A stretch of DNA of 64,000 nt, from positions 32,001-96,000 of IMG/VR virus record IMGVR_UViG_3300017721_001026. The stretch is one strand, 5' to 3'. The DNA comes from a virus. Lineage: Duplodnaviria > Caudoviricetes. The notes under the pieces are model-generated. The model did no database searches. It was given only the letters and a program-made list of their open reading frames with translations, and was not told the origin of the DNA. Shown here piece by piece: positions 47,128 through 55,199 of this stretch (positions are counted from its first letter, which is position 1; every line of letters starts with the position of its first letter). A program made the position numbers and the translations under genes.

Positions 47128-48474
47128 TTACTTATCGTTTTTATCTAGAACTTCTTTTAATGCAGCAAACCATTTAACTGCCTTATCTAGAGGCATTCCA
47201 TTACCATCGTCTCTCTCATCATCTGTAAGAGTAGTGTATAGTTTTTCTGGATCAATTTCATCCATGAGTGACAAAATGTCATCAACACTATATTCTTGAC
47301 CACTCTCAATTTCTTGTCTCTCTATACTTTCTTTAGCAAGTTTAGATAGTTGACTTGGATCAGTGTTTTCTGCCTTATGTGATTCAAGAAGTTTTGCTCT
47401 TTGCACTTCTCTATACTCTTTCTCTGCCCTATCAAATTCTCTCTCTAATGCATCATCAAGTTCATCATATGTCTGTTCAATATCCATTTTCTTAAGAACT
47501 TCTTCATGAGATCTCATGATAATATCCATCTCATGATCAACTTCCTGTTGGAATTTTTTCTGTTCCAACTCATGATCAAGTTTCATTTTTTCTCTCTCAC
47601 GCACAACTTCTTCCATTGTAAATTGTGCATCACCCCATGCAGTTTCAAGTCCTTGCTTTTGAAGTTCAAGTTCCATTCTAGAAATTTCAATTTGTTCTAG
47701 TTCAAGTTCACGAACTTTATCATCATTTGCTCTCTTAAGTTCTTTTTCTTGCTCATCTTCAAGAATGTTCTTTTCGAGAAGTTCTGTTTCTCTTTCCATC
47801 TTATCACGTTCCATCTGAAGCAGTTCTTGATACTGCTTTCTTTCCTCAATAAATTCTTCCTTTTCTTTTTCAAAACTATGATAAAGTTCATCATACTTTT
47901 TAGAAAGTTCTAAAGACTTTTTCTGAAAGAATTCATCTGCTTTTTGTTGTTCAAGTGCTGCAACTTCTCTTTCTCTTGCTGCTTTTTCTCTCTCAAGTTC
48001 CATCAGAGTGGTTTGCCTATCATAGACACTTTTCTGTTCTTCTTTAGATTTTAGATCGTAAAGTTTTTCTTTCTCACTACGAAGTTCTTCATTTTGCTTT
48101 TGAAGATCATTAATGATGACAAGTTGTGCTTCTTTCTCAAGTTTATCAATGTTCAATTCTTCAATCTGCTTAGAAAGATTTTCCTCTTCTTCTAATGCCG
48201 CAGCAAGTTCTCTCTGCTCATAGATTGACAAGAATGTATTAAAATAGTCTAGATATGGTTGAACAATAGTATCAAATTCATCTTCACTAAAAATTTTATT
48301 TGGTACAGGATCTTCACCAATGACATCTTCATATTCTAATTCACCTCTGCCATCTCTCCACTGAATTGCATGGACAGTTTCATCATCAAAGTCCCAAGGT
48401 GCATTATCCTCAAGATCAACAGTCTTACCATCTACAATAATTTTTTTATCTTCTGGGATGATGGAAATTTTCAT
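47128..48474 (-). CDS. Acidic long coiled-coil protein with a tail-fibre-assembly-like N-terminal domain
   Basis: N-terminus IIPEDK.IIVDG..VHAIQW.DG.GELEY; ~300 Pro-free Glu-rich helical residues (aa 74-372). Confidence 0.6.
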   Translation of the reverse strand: MKISIIPEDKKIIVDGKTVDLEDNAPWDFDDETVHAIQWRDGRGELEYEDVIGEDPVPNKIFSEDEFDTIVQPYLDYFNTFLSIYEQRELAAALEEEENLSKQIEELNIDKLEKEAQLVIINDLQKQNEELRSEKEKLYDLKSKEEQKSVYDRQTTLMELEREKAAREREVAALEQQKADEFFQKKSLELSKKYDELYHSFEKEKEEFIEERKQYQELLQMERDKMERETELLEKNILEDEQEKELKRANDDKVRELELEQIEISRMELELQKQGLETAWGDAQFTMEEVVREREKMKLDHELEQKKFQQEVDHEMDIIMRSHEEVLKKMDIEQTYDELDDALEREFDRAEKEYREVQRAKLLESHKAENTDPSQLSKLAKESIERQEIESGQEYSVDDILSLMDEIDPEKLYTTLTDDERDDGNGMPLDKAVKWFAALKEVLDKNDK

Positions 48475-48857
48475 TGTTGTTCCTCGTCAGATTCGGGTAG
48501 TAAATTTTCTTCTTCATTATCTATACCTTCGATTTGTTCAATGTATTCAGAAACATTGACACCCTGTGCTTCACACATATCAAGATACATATTGCCAACG
48601 GCATCTAACATGTTCTGATTAGTTTCATGTGCCTTTGTCATTTCATTACGGAATGATTCAACAGCAGAACTTGTAGATCTTTGTTGTTGACTATTTTCAA
48701 TCATCAACATTGGCATCCATTGAACTGCACAAGACCAATGATCTACTGGATTTCCAGTGTTAGGATCTTGCCCAGTGATATGTGTATACCATGCACACTT
48801 ATGTTCGACACAATCTTTTTTAATAAGCGGACACCACTTGCCAGTTGATTTAGTCAT
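48471..48857 (-). CDS. 4-Cys putative metal-binding protein associated with fibre genes
   Basis: CPLIKKDCVEHKCAW..WSCA..P.L.IENSQQQRST..AVESFRNE. Confidence 0.65.
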   Translation of the reverse strand: MTKSTGKWCPLIKKDCVEHKCAWYTHITGQDPNTGNPVDHWSCAVQWMPMLMIENSQQQRSTSSAVESFRNEMTKAHETNQNMLDAVGNMYLDMCEAQGVNVSEYIEQIEGIDNEEENLLPESDEEQQ

Positions 48858-48870
48858 AAGATAAAATTCA

Positions 48871-48884
48871 GTGTATTATTTATT
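48871..48884 (-). promoter_or_regulatory. Late promoter (AATAAATA) for the Cys protein / coiled-coil / oxygenase genes
   Basis: Minus strand ATAAATAATACAC; the same 13-mer occurs at 50731-50743. Confidence 0.6.
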
Positions 48885-48893
48885 ATAGCACGA

Positions 48894-50156
48894 TCAATCC
48901 AAACTGCAAAGAATCACATCAATATATTGAACTCTCAATGGTGATAATCCTGCTGTAAATGATATTGGAGATCCAGTAAATGGATGAACGTGTGCTTGAC
49001 CACCACCAGTTGATGATGTTGCAGGTGCTTGAGTATTATTTGCCCTGATAGTACCACCAGGACTCAAAGTTCTCAATGGGAATCTTATACTCGTAACTTG
49101 AGGATATCTTTGAGGTGTACGATATGCTCTTGGTTGTCTATAGGATGCAGGATTTCTTTGAGGAACTGTTATTCTAAACGGAATATCCACTCGGAAACCA
49201 TTTCTCTGCCTGAATGAATATCTCACTCTAAATGTTCTCGGTTGCCTCTGTCTAAAATCTCTTCTCTGCCTACCATTTCTGGGTTGTCTAAAGTTACGAG
49301 GTTGACGGAAAGATCTTCTCTGTCTTCCAGATACAGGTCTTCGAGTTTGCCTTCTTTGCCTATAACTTGTATTTCTAGGTTGTCTTCTTACTGCTCTTCT
49401 TGGGAATCTATCGTTTCTTCTACGTCTCCCTCCTCTTCTTCTTGGTTCTCTATCATTCCTTCTTACACCAACACGGAAAGAGTTTGGAATTGGTCTTCTA
49501 CTTCTTCCACCACCCTGACGGAAACTAAATGGTGCTCTAGATCTTAATGGAACACGGAAAGGAACAGGAACTCTGAAAGTAAATGGATTTCTAGAACGTG
49601 TTTGATATCTAACTCTAAAGTTTCTTGGTTGTCTCTGTCTAAGTGGAACTCTCTGCCTTTGTGGTTGTCTATAGTTAAGAGGTTGTCTTACATTTGTTGG
49701 TTGTCTAAAATCGACACTAACTCTAGTGTCTAGAACAATTCTAGTTGATGCTCTAATATTATATCCACGTGGTTGTCTATTATTTTGTCTAAATGGTGAA
49801 GAACCTTCGGAAGATCTATATGAATTAGGATTACTTCCAGTGTTATGTGTATGTGCAGGAAGTTGATCTGTTGTTAATGTTGTTGGTCCAGTGCTTCCTG
49901 AAAGAGTTGAAGAAACAGTGCTGTCTGCACCAGAATCATTAAATAATGTAGTGAAACTTACAGATCCAGCAGATGATCCACCAGTACCATCAACAACTCT
50001 AAGTGATTTATCGTTTTCTGATATATCTTTAGTCCAACCAGTTGGTGCTGCCGCCTGGTAAAATACCATCGTAGAGGATTGAGGAATAATCCCGTAAAAA
50101 CTATTTAACTGACTGCCACCACCAAACTGAATTCCGTCTGCCTTTAAAATTGACAT
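48894..50156 (-). CDS. Short tail-fibre/collar-type protein with HxH motifs and a ~260-aa Arg-rich insertion
   Basis: Collar-like FYQAAAPTGW..LRVV.G.GG; TTLTTDQLPAHTH..GGGQAHVH..VQYIDVILC; paralog of 50167-50703. Confidence 0.75.
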   Translation of the reverse strand: MSILKADGIQFGGGSQLNSFYGIIPQSSTMVFYQAAAPTGWTKDISENDKSLRVVDGTGGSSAGSVSFTTLFNDSGADSTVSSTLSGSTGPTTLTTDQLPAHTHNTGSNPNSYRSSEGSSPFRQNNRQPRGYNIRASTRIVLDTRVSVDFRQPTNVRQPLNYRQPQRQRVPLRQRQPRNFRVRYQTRSRNPFTFRVPVPFRVPLRSRAPFSFRQGGGRSRRPIPNSFRVGVRRNDREPRRRGGRRRRNDRFPRRAVRRQPRNTSYRQRRQTRRPVSGRQRRSFRQPRNFRQPRNGRQRRDFRQRQPRTFRVRYSFRQRNGFRVDIPFRITVPQRNPASYRQPRAYRTPQRYPQVTSIRFPLRTLSPGGTIRANNTQAPATSSTGGGQAHVHPFTGSPISFTAGLSPLRVQYIDVILCSLD

Positions 50157-50166
50157 ATCTTATACC

Positions 50167-50703
50167 TCAACTAAAACGACAGAGAATGACATCAATATAT
50201 TGAACTCTCAGATCAATACTTCCAGAATATGGTGATGCTCCACCAGAAAATGGGTGAGTATGTGATGTTCCACCACCAGTTGGTGATGTTGCAGGTGCAT
50301 CAGAATTTACAGCACGTCCACCAATACCAGGAGATCCAGGACTTACGTTAACTTGAGAACCCGCATTGTGTGTATGTCCAGGAATTTGCTGAGTGGTCAA
50401 TGTTGTTCCTCCAACAGTACCAACAGCAGTTACAGTTCCACTAATTGGACGAGTTGATGTGGGAAATATGGTAGAGAATGGTTGTCCACCAGGACCAGCA
50501 GTTCCACCAGAACCAAATCCTCCACCAGAACCAGATACAACTCTAAGTGCTTTATTATTATGAGTGGTTACTTGTGCCCATCCACTGGGTGCTGATGGTT
50601 GATAAAACACTGCTACACTATTCTGAGGAATAATGCCATACTTAGAGTTTAAAACAGTATTATCAAGTCCAAATTGTATACCACTCGTTTGCAGAATAGA
50701 CAT
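50167..50703 (-). CDS. Short tail-fibre/collar-type protein with HxH motifs
   Basis: FYQPSAPSGW..ALRVVSG..TTLTTQQIPGHTH..GGGTSHTH..VQYIDVILC. Confidence 0.78.
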   Translation of the reverse strand: MSILQTSGIQFGLDNTVLNSKYGIIPQNSVAVFYQPSAPSGWAQVTTHNNKALRVVSGSGGGFGSGGTAGPGGQPFSTIFPTSTRPISGTVTAVGTVGGTTLTTQQIPGHTHNAGSQVNVSPGSPGIGGRAVNSDAPATSPTGGGTSHTHPFSGGASPYSGSIDLRVQYIDVILCRFS

Positions 50704-50730
50704 ATTATACCAATTACTAACAACGGATAC

Positions 50731-50744
50731 GTGTATTATTTATC
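50731..50744 (-). promoter_or_regulatory. Late promoter-like (GATAAATA) for the fibre paralog pair
   Basis: ATAAATAATACAC, shared with 48871-48883. Confidence 0.55.
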
Positions 50745-51402
50745 CAATATTAAATGCGATAGATATTCTCTCATTGTCACTAAAATGTGGTGTAACATAA
50801 TGCCCAACTGTAGAAGGCATTAAATACAACCTATTTACCTCAGGTTTAATTACCCATTCACAATGATTGGGGACATCGGCAAATGCAGCATTATGATTTG
50901 ATGGATCAGTTCTGAGAATAGTTAAGTTTCCCTCGTTTTCTTCAAGATTATCAGGAATCATTGGATAATAGATTCCAATAACTGAGCAACCAGGATGTGT
51001 ATGAAAGACGTTGTAACCCATTCCTTTGTTGATGTTAATCCACCAACCAATTTGCTCATCACTAACTCTTGACCCAGAACCACAATCTTCTAACATATCA
51101 TTTGTCAGGTCAATAACATTTCTAGCAAGATTTTGGATTGCAGGTGTAACTCCTCTCCGTATTTCACATAATTCAAAAACTTGACTTTGCCACCCATCTG
51201 CAAAGTTAGATTTCCTAACTCCATTCGGATACTTATCTTTTAGTTCAAAACACTCATCAACAATTTCTTGATTATCAAAATCTAATTTATAATCAAAAAA
51301 TGGTGTGGTGAACAATTCAATTCTATCCCTAGTTTCTACTTCTATAGGAACAAAATTATCATCATTTGGTTTTACTTCTGGTCTAAATCTATGCTCTGTC
51401 AT
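50740..51402 (-). CDS. 2OG-Fe(II) oxygenase (TIGR02466-like)
   Basis: WININ..YN.FHTHP..IYY..MPS..GHYV.P..RISIAFN. Confidence 0.85.
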   Translation of the reverse strand: MTEHRFRPEVKPNDDNFVPIEVETRDRIELFTTPFFDYKLDFDNQEIVDECFELKDKYPNGVRKSNFADGWQSQVFELCEIRRGVTPAIQNLARNVIDLTNDMLEDCGSGSRVSDEQIGWWININKGMGYNVFHTHPGCSVIGIYYPMIPDNLEENEGNLTILRTDPSNHNAAFADVPNHCEWVIKPEVNRLYLMPSTVGHYVTPHFSDNERISIAFNIG

Positions 51403-52133
51403 TATTCTCTTGCCCTAGGATTCCTGAAGAAAAATACTTGATTAATTCTAAACTCAGCATCACTATAGTGATCCGCAAAGTAATTTTTACCCGTAAGATC
51501 CATACTGTGATAATAGTAAGATCCCTCAAACATAACAAATCGATTGAACTTTGATCGAAATCTAACTACAATTTCCCACAAATCTTTAGGTGTCCATGGA
51601 ATAGCATGTTCATCTCTCACACCACCATTCTCATCTAAGGGTAAAATTTTTGGATTGTCAGTAACAGTTGGTTTATATAAATTTGTTCCAATCTCTTCTT
51701 TCTTTGAAAGATAGCAGATACCATTATATCCTCCATCGTGATGTGGCCACCAAAAATGAGTGTCATGTGGGTTTTCTTTAACTTTCGAGAATCTTGTGAA
51801 ATTAGTTACAATCTCATCATCTAGAGGTTGTTGATTACAAATATTGCTAAGTTTATTATATAATGAACAGATACCAGGATGTTTCATCATATGTCTGCGA
51901 TCTTCAAAGTATTTGGTATTAAGAGTTCCTCTACCTAAATCCCATTCTGGTCCAACTTTCCATAGTGGTGGTTCAATCGAAAGTAAGTAACTATAAACAT
52001 CATCAGGTCTTTTATAAAAGTTATCCATCCAATAAAGATTAGATACTCTATTACCATCAACAAACTCAATAATATTCATATTTGAGAAATCATTAGTCTC
52101 AAATAGTGTTGGATCTCTTCTCAAATCTCTCAT
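51402..52133 (-). CDS. 2OG-Fe(II) oxygenase-like (DUF6445-type)
   Basis: DNFYKRPD..PHHD..NGICYL..GTNLY..KFNRFVMF..YHS..RINQVFF. Confidence 0.75.
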   Translation of the reverse strand: MRDLRRDPTLFETNDFSNMNIIEFVDGNRVSNLYWMDNFYKRPDDVYSYLLSIEPPLWKVGPEWDLGRGTLNTKYFEDRRHMMKHPGICSLYNKLSNICNQQPLDDEIVTNFTRFSKVKENPHDTHFWWPHHDGGYNGICYLSKKEEIGTNLYKPTVTDNPKILPLDENGGVRDEHAIPWTPKDLWEIVVRFRSKFNRFVMFEGSYYYHSMDLTGKNYFADHYSDAEFRINQVFFFRNPRARE

Positions 52134-52693
52134 AAAAATATTTCTCCTATCTTTTCATCGTCTAAACAAAAACCAAACACCCATAGTATTCTAGGATTAT
52201 CACCTTTGGTTACAGTAACTTCATGGTGAATTTCAGATACTTGATATATTAAAAGATCTGTAGGATCTAAGTCAGTATATTCTACACCACCAATGATAGT
52301 ATGTCCACCCCTATCGGCATGTTGTGTAATGGCATTAAAATGAACTGTTTTCGTATCTGGATAATATGTAGGATCAATATGTTCTTCTATTCTTCCACCA
52401 GAATATCCAATACCATTTACAATCCCATGACTATATGATGGAGGACTTTTGTATTCATACAAGTCAAAGTAATTTATAATTCTTTGTCTGGCAATGTATG
52501 CGGCATCAGGATAATCTATACTTGGAGCAACTGATTCATTTGGAAACCGAGTTGTAAACCTTGTTCCAGAATTATCAGGATCCATGTTAGCATCCTCAAA
52601 GAACTCTTGACAGCAGTTATCAATAGTCCATTGATTTAGTTTTCTTACATCATCTTGAAATAGAAAGTTTCTGAGAACAAATGATTTAGACAT
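52130..52693 (-). CDS. 2OG-Fe(II) oxygenase
   Basis: GGRIEEHID..GGH..HHEV..G..PRILWVFGF; start set at MSKSF (track gives 52765). Confidence 0.8.
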   Translation of the reverse strand: MSKSFVLRNFLFQDDVRKLNQWTIDNCCQEFFEDANMDPDNSGTRFTTRFPNESVAPSIDYPDAAYIARQRIINYFDLYEYKSPPSYSHGIVNGIGYSGGRIEEHIDPTYYPDTKTVHFNAITQHADRGGHTIIGGVEYTDLDPTDLLIYQVSEIHHEVTVTKGDNPRILWVFGFCLDDEKIGEIFL

Positions 52694-53354
52694 CGGTTGT
52701 GCAGTATTCACTTGAATTTTGACTTTCTTCTTCAAATGAAAAGATTTCATACTCCGTATTAACATTAAATGATAAAATTATTCTATCTACATCACTTTGA
52801 TTTGGTGCAGTATAGTGGAGAACATATGATGGAAAAAATATCATTGATCCCTCTCTAATTCCAGGTGGAATAATATTACAGGTTTCAACATCTGCCAGAT
52901 TAGGATTCAAAAAGATAGTTGGTGTATGATGTTTTGGATCAAATTGAACAAAACAAACTGCACTGAATCCTTGAGACCCATGGTTATGAACTTGATGAAA
53001 CTTAGTGGTTGATGCTTTCTCAAACCATGAAGTACAAACTTCTACACCACATTCAAATGTATCAGCAAGTGCTTCTAACTCATCCCTAAAAAGATCCATG
53101 ATTAGTTCATCATAGGTCTCTCCATGGTCATGATTAAAATGATAATCAGTCTCTACATCTAAACTGGTTTCACTTCCTGTGGCAACTTTAAATTTAGATT
53201 TATCAGATTTTCTTCTCTCATACATTTCAAGAAGTTCTTTTTTCTTTTCCTCCCAATTTTCTATCTTAAGATGTAGAAGTGGAGTAGAGAACATAGGAAT
53301 TAAATATTCTTCATTTCCATTTGGTACATCACCATAAATTGCAAATTCAGTCAT
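52686..53354 (-). CDS. 2OG-Fe(II) oxygenase (TIGR02466-like)
   Basis: SWF..HQVHNHG..FSAV..EG.MIFFPS..LHY..N....RIILSFN. Confidence 0.85.
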   Translation of the reverse strand: MTEFAIYGDVPNGNEEYLIPMFSTPLLHLKIENWEEKKKELLEMYERRKSDKSKFKVATGSETSLDVETDYHFNHDHGETYDELIMDLFRDELEALADTFECGVEVCTSWFEKASTTKFHQVHNHGSQGFSAVCFVQFDPKHHTPTIFLNPNLADVETCNIIPPGIREGSMIFFPSYVLHYTAPNQSDVDRIILSFNVNTEYEIFSFEEESQNSSEYCTTDV

Positions 53355-53355
53355 A

Positions 53356-53583
53356 CTATTTCTTTTTTTGTTTCTTAAGGTGTCTTTTTTGCAATTTTAA
53401 CACTGCTGACAATGCTGTGTCAAAGTTACGATATAATGTTCCTGTTGGTTTTCCTTCAATGATAGTAGTGTATTTCTTTTTCTTACCTGCTATCGGAATC
53501 ACAACAAAATTACCATCATCAGAACAAAATTGCTTACGATATACAGATTGTAAGATTGATGAGTTAGTGTATGTATACTTCAT
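53356..53583 (-). CDS. Small basic hypothetical protein
   Basis: 75-aa Lys-rich ORF after the helicase. Confidence 0.6.
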   Translation of the reverse strand: MKYTYTNSSILQSVYRKQFCSDDGNFVVIPIAGKKKKYTTIIEGKPTGTLYRNFDTALSAVLKLQKRHLKKQKKK

Positions 53584-53586
53584 AAA

Positions 53587-54834
53587 TTACTTCTTAATTA
53601 CGGAAACAGCAGCAGCACCTTGCTCAAACACAATGTCAACAACATTCTGAATCTTTTGAGCAGTCTGAATACCAACTTTGTTATAAGCAGGAATACAAAC
53701 CAAACCATAAGATTTGGTATACTGATCAAGTTTACCTGGAACAATAGTTCCATTGCGAAGACCAGCAGCATCATCTTTATGCAATCGAATCACACGACCG
53801 ATAGTCTGACTGATGCCAATGTAATTCATTGACCTCATAAAAATAACAGAATTAAGACCAGAGACGTTGATACCTTCTGAGAGGATGCTGTGATGAAGCA
53901 CAACAAACTTTTTAGTATCATCCTTACCCCAAGCACTCAAAGTGTCAAAGAACTTCTCACGGTTGACCTTACGACCATCGATGATAGCACCAGTCTTAGC
54001 AGTGATATACATGTAAGAATAACCACGCAATTCTAGTTGAAAAGTAAAGTCAGACTGACCAATCAAATTGATAATGTTCTGCGTAGATTTAGAACAGATC
54101 AATGCTTTATCAGCACCAGTCTCGTCAATAGTCTTAATTAGATGTGTAGAATCCCGAACAGGAACATCAGGGTAAAGATCTACATTATCTAATTGATTGA
54201 CAACAACCTTAGGAGGAATGATAAAACCACCATTCACAAGTTCAGGAGCAGGAACCTGACAAATAACCTGACCGTAAACTTCAGGATCATTCATGCCAGG
54301 TTTCATCACTGTGATAGAATGCTTTGGAGTTGCAGTAAAGAAGTAGCAACGATCAGCATTATGACTGAAAAACTCAGTAGGAGGAAAAAAGTTACGAGTC
54401 ACAGAATTGTGTGCTTCATCAAAATAGATGTTGTTTACCTCAATATCTGCTTCCATAACACGATGGAGAGAATGATATGTGGTAAAAATGATGCAGTTCT
54501 CACCTACTGCACGTGCAGTATTAGCAAACATGTGGATTTGATCTGCTTTAGTGGTGCTGAAATGCTGTGTCTCACCACTATGAACATGCATCACATGTGT
54601 ATGAGTTGTATCAATCAACTCAAGGAATTCAGAGCACAGTTGTTCTGCCAACAGAATACGTGGAGCAACAACAACAGTCGTCATTCCGTTGTCAATATAC
54701 TTACAATTCTCTATGACATCTTGAATCATACAGATAGTTTTACCACCACCTGTAGGAACAATGATTTGACCGATGTCATGCTTAAGCATAGCATCACAAG
54801 CACGTTTCTGATGAGGACGAAGAGTGATGGTCAA
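53587..54834 (-). CDS. SF2 DEAH-box helicase (ResIII-like)
   Basis: LRPHQ; PTGGGKT (Walker A); FDEAH; TATP; LSEGIN; QTIGRVIR. Confidence 0.9.
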   Translation of the reverse strand: MTITLRPHQKRACDAMLKHDIGQIIVPTGGGKTICMIQDVIENCKYIDNGMTTVVVAPRILLAEQLCSEFLELIDTTHTHVMHVHSGETQHFSTTKADQIHMFANTARAVGENCIIFTTYHSLHRVMEADIEVNNIYFDEAHNSVTRNFFPPTEFFSHNADRCYFFTATPKHSITVMKPGMNDPEVYGQVICQVPAPELVNGGFIIPPKVVVNQLDNVDLYPDVPVRDSTHLIKTIDETGADKALICSKSTQNIINLIGQSDFTFQLELRGYSYMYITAKTGAIIDGRKVNREKFFDTLSAWGKDDTKKFVVLHHSILSEGINVSGLNSVIFMRSMNYIGISQTIGRVIRLHKDDAAGLRNGTIVPGKLDQYTKSYGLVCIPAYNKVGIQTAQKIQNVVDIVFEQGAAAVSVIKK

Positions 54835-54916
54835 ATGCTTTCCGTATCAATGTATATACTATAAAGCACCCAGACCCTAAAGTCAAGGTGCTTGTGACAG
54901 TTTAAGAACTGTTCCT
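54835..54916 (-). promoter_or_regulatory. Early promoter cassette, copy 9
   Basis: Dyad tgtgacagtt-taag-aactgttcc at 54893-54915; TTGACT-17 nt-TATAGT. Confidence 0.7.
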
Positions 54917-54917
54917 A

Positions 54918-55082
54918 TCAGAGAAATTTAAGTGTTTCTTGTTGTTTAAAATATAATTTTATATATGACTTAAGAGCCGTTCTTAGTTCTTCAATATCCT
55001 CAATTTTATCGATATCTCTTGAAAGTCTTTCATACTCAAAAGATTTTGATGGAGTTCTTAAAGAAATCTCAGATGGGTTCAT
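54918..55082 (-). CDS. Small helical protein, 54 aa, NblA-like (not in ORF track)
   Basis: MNPSEISLRTPSKSFEYERLSRDIDKIEDIEELRTALKSYIKLYFKQQETLKFL*; AAGGA upstream. The ORF is well supported; the NblA similarity is by eye only. Confidence 0.6.
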   Translation of the reverse strand: MNPSEISLRTPSKSFEYERLSRDIDKIEDIEELRTALKSYIKLYFKQQETLKFL

Positions 55083-55170
55083 GAAAATATATCCTTTAGT
55101 AATTTTCTATTATTATATAGATGATTACTCTGAATTGTCTAGAGCTATCTTTTCTAACCCTGACAAACGT

Positions 55171-55199
55171 AGTCTAGCAGGGTTTAGATATCTTGTCAA
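55171..55199 (-). promoter_or_regulatory. Sigma70-like promoter with an inverted repeat straddling the -10
   Basis: TTGACA-17 nt-TAGACT; AACCCTG/CAGGGTT arms either side of the -10 box. Confidence 0.65.

Noticed and set aside
49047-49823. Arg-rich insert as a frameshift artefact or intein
   Set aside because: The frame is continuous with paralog-matching N- and C-terminal parts, the insert has internal symmetry and periodicity, and it lacks intein C/S...HN splice motifs.
34016-54916. Repeated GTGGACAC...GGCAC elements as a CRISPR array or IS ends
   Set aside because: Dispersed at irregular, kb-scale spacing, degenerate, and always tied to -35/-10 boxes; no cas or transposase gene.
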